64,000 nt of DNA from an uncultured Bacteroidaceae bacterium (GTDB lineage Bacteria > Bacillota > Clostridia > Christensenellales > CAG-917), in NCBI GenBank assembly GCA_964550635.1, contig CAZJZV010000001.1, positions 5,754 through 69,753 of the forward strand. The letters run 5' to 3'. The notes beneath the pieces were generated by a model. The model did not search any database. It had not been told where the DNA came from and saw only the letters and a list, made by a program, of their open reading frames with translations. Below are positions 9,001 through 17,675 of this stretch, piece by piece; position 1 is the first letter of the stretch, and each line of letters opens with the position of its first letter. The position numbers and the translations under genes were made by a program.

Positions 9001-11174
9001 TGGTACTCAAAGTCGTTGTTGACATATCGACGGGGGCTCTCGACAAAACCTTTGACTACGAAGGCGACGATATGCCTATCGGCAGTAGGGTTTCGATAGA
9101 GTTCGGCAGAAAGCGCATCATCGGTTTCGTCATCGGAAAGAAGGATAAATCCGATTATCCGAATCTCAAAAAAGCAACTCTAATCGACAGTCCCGTCAAC
9201 GAAGAGTTGATAAAACTCCTTGAGTTTATGCGGGACAAATATAATCTTCGTTATATCGACGTGCTACGTCTTTTCATTCCCGCGAAACTGCGAGAGGAAA
9301 AAGACCCCGAATATACGAGGATTTTTCTTTTGCCGAACGAAAAACTCACCGACGAAGAGTGCAGAGAGAAAATCGGCACGAGAGCGAAAAAACAAATTGA
9401 ATTGTACGAATATCTGCTGAATAAAAAAGGCGGTTATCTCGCACAATTGAACAACCTTTTCGGGGTGTCCGCAGTGAACGGACTTCGTGAAAAAGGAGTT
9501 GTCGAAGAGAAAAATATTCACGAGAGAAAGACTCCGCTTGTCGGACTTTCCCGCGCGGATAAGGAAGTCAAACTCACTCCTGCGCAACAATCCGCCGTCG
9601 ACGAAATCTCGTCGGGACAGGGGACTTATCTTCTGCACGGTGTGACGGGTAGCGGTAAGACGGAAGTCTATATGCACGTCATCGACAAAATGCTCGAAAA
9701 GGGCAAAACCGCAATCATGCTCGTGCCTGAAATCTCACTCACACCGCAAATGCTCGGCATCTTCCGCGCACGGTTTGGGGACAACGTTGCATTACTGCAC
9801 TCGGGACTCAACGCAACCGAGCGTTACGACGAGTGGAAACGACTTAAAACAGGTGAAGCGAAAATCGCAATCGGCGCGCGCAGTGCAATATTTGCACCGC
9901 TCTCAAACGTCGGCGCAATCTTCATCGACGAAGAACACGACACGAGTTATTTGAGCGATTCAAATCCCCGCTACGACACGAGAGAAGTGGCGGAATTTAG
10001 AGCAAATATGAGCGGGGCGGTGCTAGTGCTTGGCTCCGCCACTCCCGATATTTGCACCTATCGCAAGACGACGAGCGGTGAGTTCAAATTGATAACTCTT
10101 CCCGACCGCATATCATCCCACAAACTTCCAGATATGGAAATCGTGGATATGACCTGCGAATTCAGAAGCGGTAACCGCTCTCCGTTTTCGCACACGCTCA
10201 TCGACGGCATACGCGACGCACTTAATCGAAAAGAGCAAATCATACTCTTCCTAAATCGCAGGGGATTTTCGTCGTTTATGCGTTGTCGCGACTGCGGTTA
10301 CGTGCCTAAATGCGACCTGTGCGACGTGTCGATGACCTATCACAAACAGGAAAACAACCTTAAATGCCACTACTGCGGAGCGACGAAAGCGCCTATCACG
10401 GTTTGTCCGATATGCGGTTCGCACAACATAAAGCAAGGCAGAGTCGGCACGGAAAAAATAGTCGAAGAATTGAACGCAATTTTCCCGAGCGCACGCTGTC
10501 TACGTATGGACAACGATACGACGAAAGGAAAGGATGCCTATTTCAAAATTCTCGACAAATTCGGCAAGGGAGAAGCGGATATTCTCGTCGGCACTCAAAT
10601 GATTGCGAAAGGACACGATTTCCCGAACGTCACTCTTGTCGGAATAATGGAAGCGGATGCGGCTCTATTTATGAGCGATTTCCGTGCGTCGGAGCGCACC
10701 TATCAACTTGTTACGCAGGTTGCGGGCAGAGCGGGTAGAGCAGAGAAGAAAGGCAGAGTAATTTTGCAAGCGTACTGGCCGACGCACTACGTTTTCAAGT
10801 TCGCGAAAACCTACGATTATCAAGGCTTTTTCGGCATTGAAAATAATCGCAGAATGGTCACGGGATTTCCGCCGTACTGCACACTTTTGAGAGTTATGAT
10901 TGCATCGAGCGACCGCGACTCCGCTCGAAATAGCGCAAAACAAATGTACGTGGCAATCCGCAATTTGCAAGAGAAATACGGCAGATTTTTGTTCATAAAT
11001 ATGACCGAATCTCCGATTAGGATGTTGAGTGGACTATATCGCTATCAAGCAGTGCTACGGCTCAATCCCAAAAATTCAGACTTGGTTATCAAAGATATAT
11101 ACAAGATTGTCGATGAATACAAACCGTCAAACGGCGGCGCTTTCGTCGAATTGAACCCCCAAAACTTATACTGA
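9000..11174 (+). CDS. priA: Primosomal protein N' (replication restart helicase PriA)
   Basis: 724 aa. Walker A GVTGSGKT, DEEH box, and a Cys-rich Zn region (CRDCGY..C..C...H....L.CHYCG). Its start overlaps the coaBC stop (TGATG). Confidence 0.93.
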   Translation: MVLKVVVDISTGALDKTFDYEGDDMPIGSRVSIEFGRKRIIGFVIGKKDKSDYPNLKKATLIDSPVNEELIKLLEFMRDKYNLRYIDVLRLFIPAKLREEKDPEYTRIFLLPNEKLTDEECREKIGTRAKKQIELYEYLLNKKGGYLAQLNNLFGVSAVNGLREKGVVEEKNIHERKTPLVGLSRADKEVKLTPAQQSAVDEISSGQGTYLLHGVTGSGKTEVYMHVIDKMLEKGKTAIMLVPEISLTPQMLGIFRARFGDNVALLHSGLNATERYDEWKRLKTGEAKIAIGARSAIFAPLSNVGAIFIDEEHDTSYLSDSNPRYDTREVAEFRANMSGAVLVLGSATPDICTYRKTTSGEFKLITLPDRISSHKLPDMEIVDMTCEFRSGNRSPFSHTLIDGIRDALNRKEQIILFLNRRGFSSFMRCRDCGYVPKCDLCDVSMTYHKQENNLKCHYCGATKAPITVCPICGSHNIKQGRVGTEKIVEELNAIFPSARCLRMDNDTTKGKDAYFKILDKFGKGEADILVGTQMIAKGHDFPNVTLVGIMEADAALFMSDFRASERTYQLVTQVAGRAGRAEKKGRVILQAYWPTHYVFKFAKTYDYQGFFGIENNRRMVTGFPPYCTLLRVMIASSDRDSARNSAKQMYVAIRNLQEKYGRFLFINMTESPIRMLSGLYRYQAVLRLNPKNSDLVIKDIYKIVDEYKPSNGGAFVELNPQNLY

Positions 11175-11182
11175 GGTATACT

Positions 11183-11638
11183 ATGGCAAAAAGACAAATC
11201 ATACAAGTTCCCGATCCGATTTTGTACAAGAAGTGTAGAGTGGTCGAAAATTTCGATCAGAAACTCCACGACCTTCTCGATGATATGAAAGAAACTCTCG
11301 AATATGCTAACGGCGCAGGTCTCGCCGCTCCCCAAGTCGCAATTCTCAAAAGAGTCGCGATAGTCATGACCGACGACGGATATTTTGAACTCATCAATCC
11401 TGTGATTAAATCCGCAAAAGGCTCCCAAACGGATATGGAAGGTTGCCTGTCCGTCAAGGGTAAATACGGCAAAGTCACTCGTGCAAAAGAAGTGGTAGTC
11501 GTCGCACAAGACCGCTACGGCAAAGAACAAAAATATAAAGTTAAAGGCTATACCGCTCGCGCGTTTCAACACGAAATCGACCACTTGGACGGCATAATCT
11601 ACACTTCTAAATGCGACAATCTCGAGGACGAAGAATGA
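11183..11638 (+). CDS. def: Peptide deformylase
   Basis: 151 aa. Motifs GAGLAAPQV, EGCLS and QHEIDHL. Confidence 0.95.
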   Translation: MAKRQIIQVPDPILYKKCRVVENFDQKLHDLLDDMKETLEYANGAGLAAPQVAILKRVAIVMTDDGYFELINPVIKSAKGSQTDMEGCLSVKGKYGKVTRAKEVVVVAQDRYGKEQKYKVKGYTARAFQHEIDHLDGIIYTSKCDNLEDEE

Positions 11639-12555
11639 AAATAATATTTATGGGTACACCCGACTTTTCGTCGGTCGTGTTTGAAAAACTCAATTCAGTA
11701 TACCCGGTCAGTGCCGTTGTTACGGGACTGGATAAACCCGTGGGCAGAAAAATGATTCCCACTCCCTGTCCTTTGAAAATCTCTGCAATGAATGCGGGAG
11801 TCCCCGTTTTGCAATACGCAAAAGTTTCAAAAGAAGGACTGGACGAAATCAAGGCACTAAATCCCGACCTTGTCGTCACGGCGGCATTCGGGCAAATACT
11901 CTCCGACGCATTTTTGGAAATTCCGAAATACGGCGTAATCAACGTGCATGCGTCCTTGCTCCCAAAGTGGAGAGGAGCGTCACCCATACAATCCGCAATT
12001 CTCAACGGCGATAAGGAAACCGGCGTCACGATTATGCGCACCGTGAAAGCAGTCGATGCAGGCGCAATACTCCTGCAAAAGAAATGCGCTATCGAAGATA
12101 GCGACTATGCGGATACCCTCTTTGATAAACTTGCAATCATCGGCGGTAAAGCACTCGTCGAAGCCGTTCAACTGATAGACGAAGGCAAGGCGGTATACGT
12201 CGAGCAAAACCACGACGAAGCGACTCATTGCGCCAAATTCGACAAGGAATCGGGGGCGATTGATTGGAGCAAATCATACGATGAAATTCGCGCTCTCGTA
12301 CACTCTATGACACCGTGGCCGTCCGCCTACACACACCTAAACGGAAAGACGATAAAAGTCATCGAAGTTGTCAAAGGCGAACTTAACGGTGTAGCAGGTG
12401 AAATCCTATCCGCAGACAAGAAAAACGGTCTTACTGTCGGTTGCGGCGGCGGTAGCGTTAGAATCACTCGCTTGCAACCCGAAAGCAAAGGCAAAATGGA
12501 CGACTTGTCCTTCCTCAACGGAAACAAGTTGACCGTGGGGGATAAATTGAATTGA
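11635..12555 (+). CDS. fmt: Methionyl-tRNA formyltransferase
   Basis: The MKIIFMGTPDFS N-terminus starts at an ATG overlapping the def stop (ATGA). Contains HASLLPKWRGASPIQ. The ORF-track start at 11611 is an upstream in-frame extension inside def. Confidence 0.92.
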   Translation: MKIIFMGTPDFSSVVFEKLNSVYPVSAVVTGLDKPVGRKMIPTPCPLKISAMNAGVPVLQYAKVSKEGLDEIKALNPDLVVTAAFGQILSDAFLEIPKYGVINVHASLLPKWRGASPIQSAILNGDKETGVTIMRTVKAVDAGAILLQKKCAIEDSDYADTLFDKLAIIGGKALVEAVQLIDEGKAVYVEQNHDEATHCAKFDKESGAIDWSKSYDEIRALVHSMTPWPSAYTHLNGKTIKVIEVVKGELNGVAGEILSADKKNGLTVGCGGGSVRITRLQPESKGKMDDLSFLNGNKLTVGDKLN

Positions 12556-13811
12556 GAAAGTATATATTGAGCGCATTCAAAATTCTCTCGAAAGTATTCG
12601 TGGACGGAAGTTATTCCAACCGCGCGCTTTCGGATATGAAAACGGACGATATGACGACCAAACTCGTCTATGGCGTTTTGGAGAGAAACGTGGAATGCGA
12701 ATATATCCTTTCGACTTTCATCAAGAAAAAGCCGTCGGACAACGCCTATATACTTTTGAAAATCGGCACCTATGCGCTCCGAAATCTCACTAACGTACCG
12801 CAGTTTGCAATCGTAAGTGAAACGGTCGAAGTCGCAAAATCAATCGGCAAAGACGTGCAAGCAGGGTTTATAAACGCGGTTTTGAAACGCGTCGCAAGGG
12901 GAGAATACTCTCTGCCTAAACCCACCGATAAAAACTATCTTTCCGTCACCTATTCAATCCCCGAATGGTTTGCAAGGCGACTTGTCAAAGAATACGGCAG
13001 AGAAGAAACGAAAAAAATGCTGTCCGCCGAAATCTCCACCTATGAAAGCGTGAGAATAAACGGCAACGTATCAAGAATGGAAGTCCTTGCAAAACTCGAC
13101 GAAAAGGGCATACCTCGTCGCGACGGAGCGGCGGATACGATATTGGTGCCCGCGGACAACAAGACTGTCAAAGACCTATTCAACGACGGACGGATAACGT
13201 TCCAATCGTCATCGTCCATTTTGGCGGTGCGTGCGCTCGGACTCTCGGACGGCGGTGAAATTCTCGACCTTTGTTCCGCGCCCGGCGGGAAAGCCGTTCT
13301 CTCAAGCGAAATCGCGCCGAATAGCAAAATCACCGCTTGCGACCTTTACGAGCATAGACTCGAACTCATCAAAAAATATTCCGCGCGTATGCGCGCGAAC
13401 AATATAACTACCGTAGTGAACGACGGCACCGCGTTCAATCCCGATTTCAAAGGCAAATTCGACTTCGTACTTTGCGACGCACCGTGTTCATGTTTCGGGA
13501 CGTTCAGAAAGCACCCCGACGTGTTTTTGCAAAGGGGAGAAAAGGATATTCCGAAAATCGCGGAAATCCAAAAATCCATTCTCAAAAACGCAGTCGAGTA
13601 CGCAAAACCGAACGGCATAATCGTATATTCGACTTGTACGCTCTTCCACGAAGAAAACGACGACGTAGTGAACGAAATCCTGAAAGACGGCAAATGCACC
13701 GCGGATACGCTCCCCGAAAGCGTTGGCGGTACTGCGGGTGCGTACTCTATGAAATTGCTCCCCACCGACGGCGGTGACGGATTCTATATCGCAAGACTGA
13801 AAAAACTATGA
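12552..13811 (+). CDS. rsmB: 16S rRNA (cytosine967-C5)-methyltransferase RsmB/Sun
   Basis: 419 aa. NusB-like N-terminal domain, SAM-MTase motifs DLCSAPGGK and DAPCS, and catalytic TCT. Shows def-fmt-rsmB synteny. The start is TTG, overlapping the fmt stop. Confidence 0.9.
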   Translation: MRKYILSAFKILSKVFVDGSYSNRALSDMKTDDMTTKLVYGVLERNVECEYILSTFIKKKPSDNAYILLKIGTYALRNLTNVPQFAIVSETVEVAKSIGKDVQAGFINAVLKRVARGEYSLPKPTDKNYLSVTYSIPEWFARRLVKEYGREETKKMLSAEISTYESVRINGNVSRMEVLAKLDEKGIPRRDGAADTILVPADNKTVKDLFNDGRITFQSSSSILAVRALGLSDGGEILDLCSAPGGKAVLSSEIAPNSKITACDLYEHRLELIKKYSARMRANNITTVVNDGTAFNPDFKGKFDFVLCDAPCSCFGTFRKHPDVFLQRGEKDIPKIAEIQKSILKNAVEYAKPNGIIVYSTCTLFHEENDDVVNEILKDGKCTADTLPESVGGTAGAYSMKLLPTDGGDGFYIARLKKL

Positions 13812-14848
13812 CGGATTTACTATCTTTGAGCGCAGAAGAATTAAAAGCATTGTTCCCCGAGCCAAAATATCTCGGCGGACAACTTTTCACGTTTCTACAT
13901 AAGGGTTGCACCTTTAATGAAATGACTTCCGTCAAAAAGGATATAAGGGCGTATCTCAACGAAAACTACGTCGCAAATCCAGTTTCAATCCTTGAAAAAT
14001 TCGTAGGGAAGTCGGGGACGATAAAATACCTATTCCGCCTGACCGACGGCAATCTTATCGAAGGCGTATATATGCCGCACGACTACGGCAACACCATTTG
14101 CGTTAGCACTCAAATAGGGTGTAGAATGGGTTGTACGTTTTGCGCAAGTTCCCTTGACGGACTTCTGCGAAACCTGACTCCCGGTGAAATTCTCGGACAA
14201 GTGATTGCGGTCAATCGCGACAACGGCGGCACCCTTGAAAACAGGGCGGTCACGAATATCGTCCTTATGGGTAGCGGCGAGCCTTTCGACAACTATGACA
14301 ACGTGTTGAAATTTCTCGATCTCGTGTCGGCGGATAATGGCATCAATATCAGTGAAAGAAACATATCTCTGTCCACGTCGGGACTTGCGGACAAGGTGAT
14401 AAAGTTTGCGGATAGCGGACACAAAGTGACCTTGTCAATCAGTCTGCACGCACCGTTCGATGAACTTCGTTCATCGCTAATGCCCGTGAACAGAAAATAT
14501 AACGTGGCAAAAATCGTCTCGGCGGCAAAGTATTACTTTGAAAAAACGGGCAGAAGAGTGATATTCGAATACACTCTCATCAAAGGTGAAAACGATAGCG
14601 ACAAATGCGCTAAAGAACTTGCAAAACTCACCCGCGGTTTCCCGTCCCACGTCAATCTCATAAGGCTCAACGAAGTCAAAGAGAGAGACCACTCGGCACC
14701 CACCGAAGACGCAACCAAAGAATTTCTCAAAAAACTCGAAACACTCGGCGTATCCGCTACCATTCGTCGCTCACTCGGCAACGATATCGAAGGCGCATGC
14801 GGACAATTAAGACGGAGATACCTATCCGAAAACAATGATGAAACTTGA
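13808..14848 (+). CDS. rlmN: 23S rRNA/tRNA (adenine-C2)-methyltransferase RlmN (radical SAM)
   Basis: 346 aa. Radical-SAM CxxxCxxC (GCRMGCTFC) and a C-terminal GACGQL motif. Confidence 0.93.
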   Translation: MTDLLSLSAEELKALFPEPKYLGGQLFTFLHKGCTFNEMTSVKKDIRAYLNENYVANPVSILEKFVGKSGTIKYLFRLTDGNLIEGVYMPHDYGNTICVSTQIGCRMGCTFCASSLDGLLRNLTPGEILGQVIAVNRDNGGTLENRAVTNIVLMGSGEPFDNYDNVLKFLDLVSADNGINISERNISLSTSGLADKVIKFADSGHKVTLSISLHAPFDELRSSLMPVNRKYNVAKIVSAAKYYFEKTGRRVIFEYTLIKGENDSDKCAKELAKLTRGFPSHVNLIRLNEVKERDHSAPTEDATKEFLKKLETLGVSATIRRSLGNDIEGACGQLRRRYLSENNDET

Positions 14849-15692
14849 AAAAGGCAGAGTAATCAAGGCGGTATCGTCAAAATTTTTCGTTGACACCGAA
14901 AAGGGAGTCAAGGTCTGTTTCGCGCGCAAAAAACTCAAAGCGGACGGAAATATCTTCGTGGGCGACTACGTGGAAATTTTCAAGGAGCGTGATAGTTTCG
15001 TCATCGAAGAAGTTTTGCCCCGCAAAAACAGTCTAATCCGCCCGTACGTTAGCAATATCGACGTGTGTTTCATCGTGATTGCGCCGGAGCCTACGCCCGA
15101 TTTCGTGCTTGTAGATAAGATTGTCGTCAACTGCCTTGAACAAAACGTCGAGCCTATTCTCGTGCAAAACAAATCGGATATTGATTTAATCGACTTGAGA
15201 GAGTATAATGACGTATTGAAGATAGTTCGTTGCTCGGCGGATAGCGGAGCGGGAATCGATGAAATCGTCGGAATAGCGAAAGGCAAAACAGCTTGTTTTT
15301 CAGGACAGTCCGCAGTCGGCAAATCGTCAATCATCAACGCAATTCTCGACGGCGACCTTTGCGAAGTCGGCGAACTTGCAAAGAAAATAAAACGCGGTAA
15401 AAATACCACTCGCAAGGTTGAGATTTTCAATCTTGGCGGAACCTATTTCGTGGACACTTGCGGTTTCAGTATGCTCGAAACCGTGGACGTAGAGCCCGAA
15501 GACTTGCGACTGTATTTCGACGACCTCGAAGCCTATCGCAAGGAATGTCGTTTCAACACTTGCACTCATATCGACGAGCCCGATTGCGCCGTAAAACCGC
15601 ACGTAGGCAAGGAGATAGGCGAGGGCAGATACCAAAGATATAAAGCGATTTTCAACGAATTGCAAGAAAGGAGGAAAAATAAGTATGAGTAA
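14835..15692 (+). CDS. rsgA: Ribosome small-subunit-dependent GTPase A
   Basis: 285 aa. OB N-terminus, circularly permuted GTPase motifs (NKSD ... GQSAVGKSS), and a C-terminal Zn knuckle (C.F..C.H..EP.C). Confidence 0.92.
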   Translation: MMKLEKGRVIKAVSSKFFVDTEKGVKVCFARKKLKADGNIFVGDYVEIFKERDSFVIEEVLPRKNSLIRPYVSNIDVCFIVIAPEPTPDFVLVDKIVVNCLEQNVEPILVQNKSDIDLIDLREYNDVLKIVRCSADSGAGIDEIVGIAKGKTACFSGQSAVGKSSIINAILDGDLCEVGELAKKIKRGKNTTRKVEIFNLGGTYFVDTCGFSMLETVDVEPEDLRLYFDDLEAYRKECRFNTCTHIDEPDCAVKPHVGKEIGEGRYQRYKAIFNELQERRKNKYE

Positions 15693-16347
15693 GGTCAAAG
15701 TTGCGCCGAGCATTCTGTCGGCAGACTTCGGAAAGATGGCGGATGCCGTCGTCAACGTGAAAAATTGGGGGGCGGATTGGGTGCATTGCGACGTCATGGA
15801 CGGCGTGTACGTGCCGAATATCACCTTTGGTATGCCTATGATTAAGGCGCTTCGCAAATATACCGATCAATTTCTTGATGTGCACCTTATGATAACCGAG
15901 CCCGAAAAGTACGTAGGGCAGTTTTGCGATGCTGGCGCGGATCTCGTGACCTTCCACCCGGAAGCGAGCAAGGACGCGGCGGGCGCACTCGAAACCATTA
16001 AATCAAAAGGCAAACTTTGCGGAGTCGTGCTTAACGCAGACCAACCGTTTGAAGTCATCGAACCCTATCTTGCGGACGTAGATCTCGTTCTCATCATGAC
16101 CGTTCAAGCGGGATTCGGCGGACAATCTTTCAAAGCGGACAGACTCGAAATGGCAAAGAAAGTCTACGATCTCAAAGTCAAAAATGGCTATCGCTACGAC
16201 ATCGAACTTGACGGCGGAGTTTGCCCCGCGAATATCGAAGAATGCGTGAATGCAGGCGCAAACGTCGTAGTCGCAGGCAGTGCGGTGTTCAAAGCGGAAT
16301 GCCCCGCATGCGCAGTCAAGTCAATGCAAATCGAAGCAAAATTCTGA
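15685..16347 (+). CDS. rpe: Ribulose-phosphate 3-epimerase
   Basis: 220 aa. Contains APSILSADF, HCDVMDG, DVHLM and GFGGQ. Confidence 0.94.
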   Translation: MSKVKVAPSILSADFGKMADAVVNVKNWGADWVHCDVMDGVYVPNITFGMPMIKALRKYTDQFLDVHLMITEPEKYVGQFCDAGADLVTFHPEASKDAAGALETIKSKGKLCGVVLNADQPFEVIEPYLADVDLVLIMTVQAGFGGQSFKADRLEMAKKVYDLKVKNGYRYDIELDGGVCPANIEECVNAGANVVVAGSAVFKAECPACAVKSMQIEAKF

Positions 16348-16640
16348 TGGCATCGTCGAAAGAGTTTCTTGTTTTTCTTATCGAGCAACTGCGTTGTTAC
16401 CGCGGAGATATAACTTTCCGTCAAATGATGGGCGAATACCTGATTTATGCGGACGGAGTTTATTTCGGCGGAGTATTCGACGATAGGTTTCTCGTCAAGA
16501 AAACGAAAACAAACGAAAAGTACGCTCTTGACGAAGAATTGCCGTATGACGGTGCAAAACCTATGTATAAGGTCGAAGATCTTGACGACATGGAATACTT
16601 GTCAAAACTCGTCGAAGACACTATAATAGGTTTGAAGTAA
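16347..16640 (+). CDS. TfoX N-terminal-domain family protein (small)
   Basis: 97 aa from an ATG overlapping the rpe stop (TGATG): MASSKEFLVFLIEQL...FRQMMGEYLIYADGVYFGGVFDDRFLVK. The ORF-track start at 16221 is an in-frame extension inside rpe. Confidence 0.65.
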   Translation: MASSKEFLVFLIEQLRCYRGDITFRQMMGEYLIYADGVYFGGVFDDRFLVKKTKTNEKYALDEELPYDGAKPMYKVEDLDDMEYLSKLVEDTIIGLK

Positions 16641-16657
16641 ATAATAAAGCAACGTAA

Positions 16658-16687
16658 AACAAGTCCGAATAGTCGGACTTGTTTTTC
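16658..16687 (+). terminator. Rho-independent terminator ending the yicC...rpe-tfoX transcription unit
   Basis: 11-bp stem AACAAGTCCGA/TCGGACTTGTT, 4-nt loop and a T-run. Confidence 0.8.
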
Positions 16688-16854
16688 TATATCGATTGAT
16701 TATTGCTAATTAGTTTCAGCAGGCAACTTCTGCCATATTGCGCTTTTATCTCAATAATTACAAATGCTTTCAAAATGATAAGTATTTGTCAAAACAAATT
16801 TAATTACCTGTGACAAAACGCAATCCGCTTTCATATACTAGCGCGGAGGCGAAA

Positions 16855-16938
16855 ATGAAAATAATTTGCGTGAGCATACCAAAGTGGTTGAAACCGATCG
16901 TCAGATTCTTCAAGAAAAAAGAAAACAAAGTCGGGTAG
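16855..16938 (+). CDS. spoVM: Stage V sporulation protein M-like 27-aa peptide
   Basis: Too short for the ORF track. GGAGG lies 5 nt upstream of the ATG. The peptide MKIICVSIPKWLKPIVRFFKKKENKVG resembles B. subtilis SpoVM (MKFYTIKLPKFLGGIVRAMLGSFRKD). Its position next to rpmB matches Bacillus synteny. A CATATACT element just upstream resembles a sigma-E/K-type -10. Confidence 0.6.
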   Translation: MKIICVSIPKWLKPIVRFFKKKENKVG

Positions 16939-16941
16939 AGG

Positions 16942-16972
16942 ACAAAAGAAAAGCCCGTCATGTGACGGGCTG
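16942..16972 (-). terminator. Terminator downstream of rpmB (possibly shared with convergent spoVM)
   Basis: Stem GCCCGT/ACGGGC (16953-16970), with a T-run on the minus strand (plus AAAAGAAAA 16944-16952). Confidence 0.65.
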
Positions 16973-16990
16973 ACTTGTCAATAGACTGAA

Positions 16991-17182
16991 TTACGCGCGA
17001 TCGATTTTGCCGGCGCGAAGACAATGTGCGCAAACGTAGACGTATTCCGTGCCACCGTTCGCGGTTTTTGCTTTGACTTTTTGGACGTTCGGCGCCCAAC
17101 TGCGTCTGGTTTTTCTGTTGGAGTGGCTAACCATGTTGCCGCTCATTCTACCTTTACCGCATACACTGCATACTCTGGACAT
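16991..17182 (-). CDS. rpmB: 50S ribosomal protein L28
   Basis: [34 protein letters not shown]... is preceded by GGAGG. The ORF-track start at 17200 adds 6 unlikely residues. Confidence 0.93.
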   Translation of the reverse strand: MSRVCSVCGKGRMSGNMVSHSNRKTRRSWAPNVQKVKAKTANGGTEYVYVCAHCLRAGKIDRA

Positions 17183-17265
17183 ATCTAGTACCTCCTTCAA
17201 ATCGTTGATATTCTAACAAATTCACAGAGATTTGGCAACTGATTGACGCAAAATTCTTTATTTAG

Positions 17266-17294
17266 TTGCAAAATATTTTTACATATAGTAAAAT
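17266..17294 (+). promoter_or_regulatory. Sigma-A-type promoter for asp23-yloV-recG
   Basis: TTGCAA-17 nt-TAAAAT. Confidence 0.5.
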
Positions 17295-17313
17295 CTTCAC
17301 ATAGGTAAACGCG

Positions 17314-17664
17314 ATGTCACTCACAACTTCTAACAAATACGGCAAAATTTCCATCTCCGACGAGGCGGTCGCGATAATCGCGTCGGCTGCCGCTGCGGAC
17401 TGTTACGGCGTGCTCGAAATGGTGTCCCGCCGTTTCAGCGACAATGTCGGTCATCTTTGTGGAAAGAATACCCTCGGCAAAGGCGTCAAAGTCGCAACCG
17501 TCGACAATTTGATGTTCGTCGAGGTTTTTGTCGTGCTCAAAGTCGGAGTCAACATCGAAACAGTAAAGAAATCTATAGCCGATACGGTCAAGTTTGCTCT
17601 CGAACACTTCACGGGTATGAGAGTCAAACGCGTTCAAGTCAACGTAGTCGGTATAAGAGTCTGA
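17314..17664 (+). CDS. Asp23/Gls24 family envelope stress protein (YloU-like)
   Basis: 116 aa. Contains ISDEAVAIIASAAAADCYGV... and a C-terminal VNVVGIRV. Shows yloU-yloV synteny next to rpmB. Confidence 0.88.
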   Translation: MSLTTSNKYGKISISDEAVAIIASAAAADCYGVLEMVSRRFSDNVGHLCGKNTLGKGVKVATVDNLMFVEVFVVLKVGVNIETVKKSIADTVKFALEHFTGMRVKRVQVNVVGIRV

Positions 17665-17675
17665 TAGAGGATACA

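Noticed and set aside
16695-16702. Recurrent ATTGATTA / TTGATTGAT motif in AT-rich spacers (187-194, 16695-16702, 45431-45438, 56197-56204; reverse-complement variants near 28148 and 42609) as a possible regulator-binding site.
   Set aside because: It is a short AT-rich word in AT-rich DNA, and related words also occur inside genes. I cannot compute an enrichment statistic here, so it is not reported as a feature. A genome-wide k-mer enrichment test would decide.
16800-17099. 99-aa minus-strand ORF spanning the spoVM region and the 3' part of rpmB.
   Set aside because: It is out of frame with rpmB, runs through the rpmB terminator hairpin, and has no SD.
17457-17675. Upstream 73-codon extension of the yloV ORF overlapping asp23. 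Analogous extensions occur at 11611 (fmt), 16221 (tfoX-like), 22127 (tlyA), 34567 (DUF1292), 38307 (uppS), 45480 (rimP), 47325 (ylxQ), 17200 (rpmB) and 59031 (miaA).
   Set aside because: The extensions are basic or low-complexity read-through of the preceding gene or leader. Conserved N-termini with an SD or a stop/start overlap are found at the internal starts used in the feature table.
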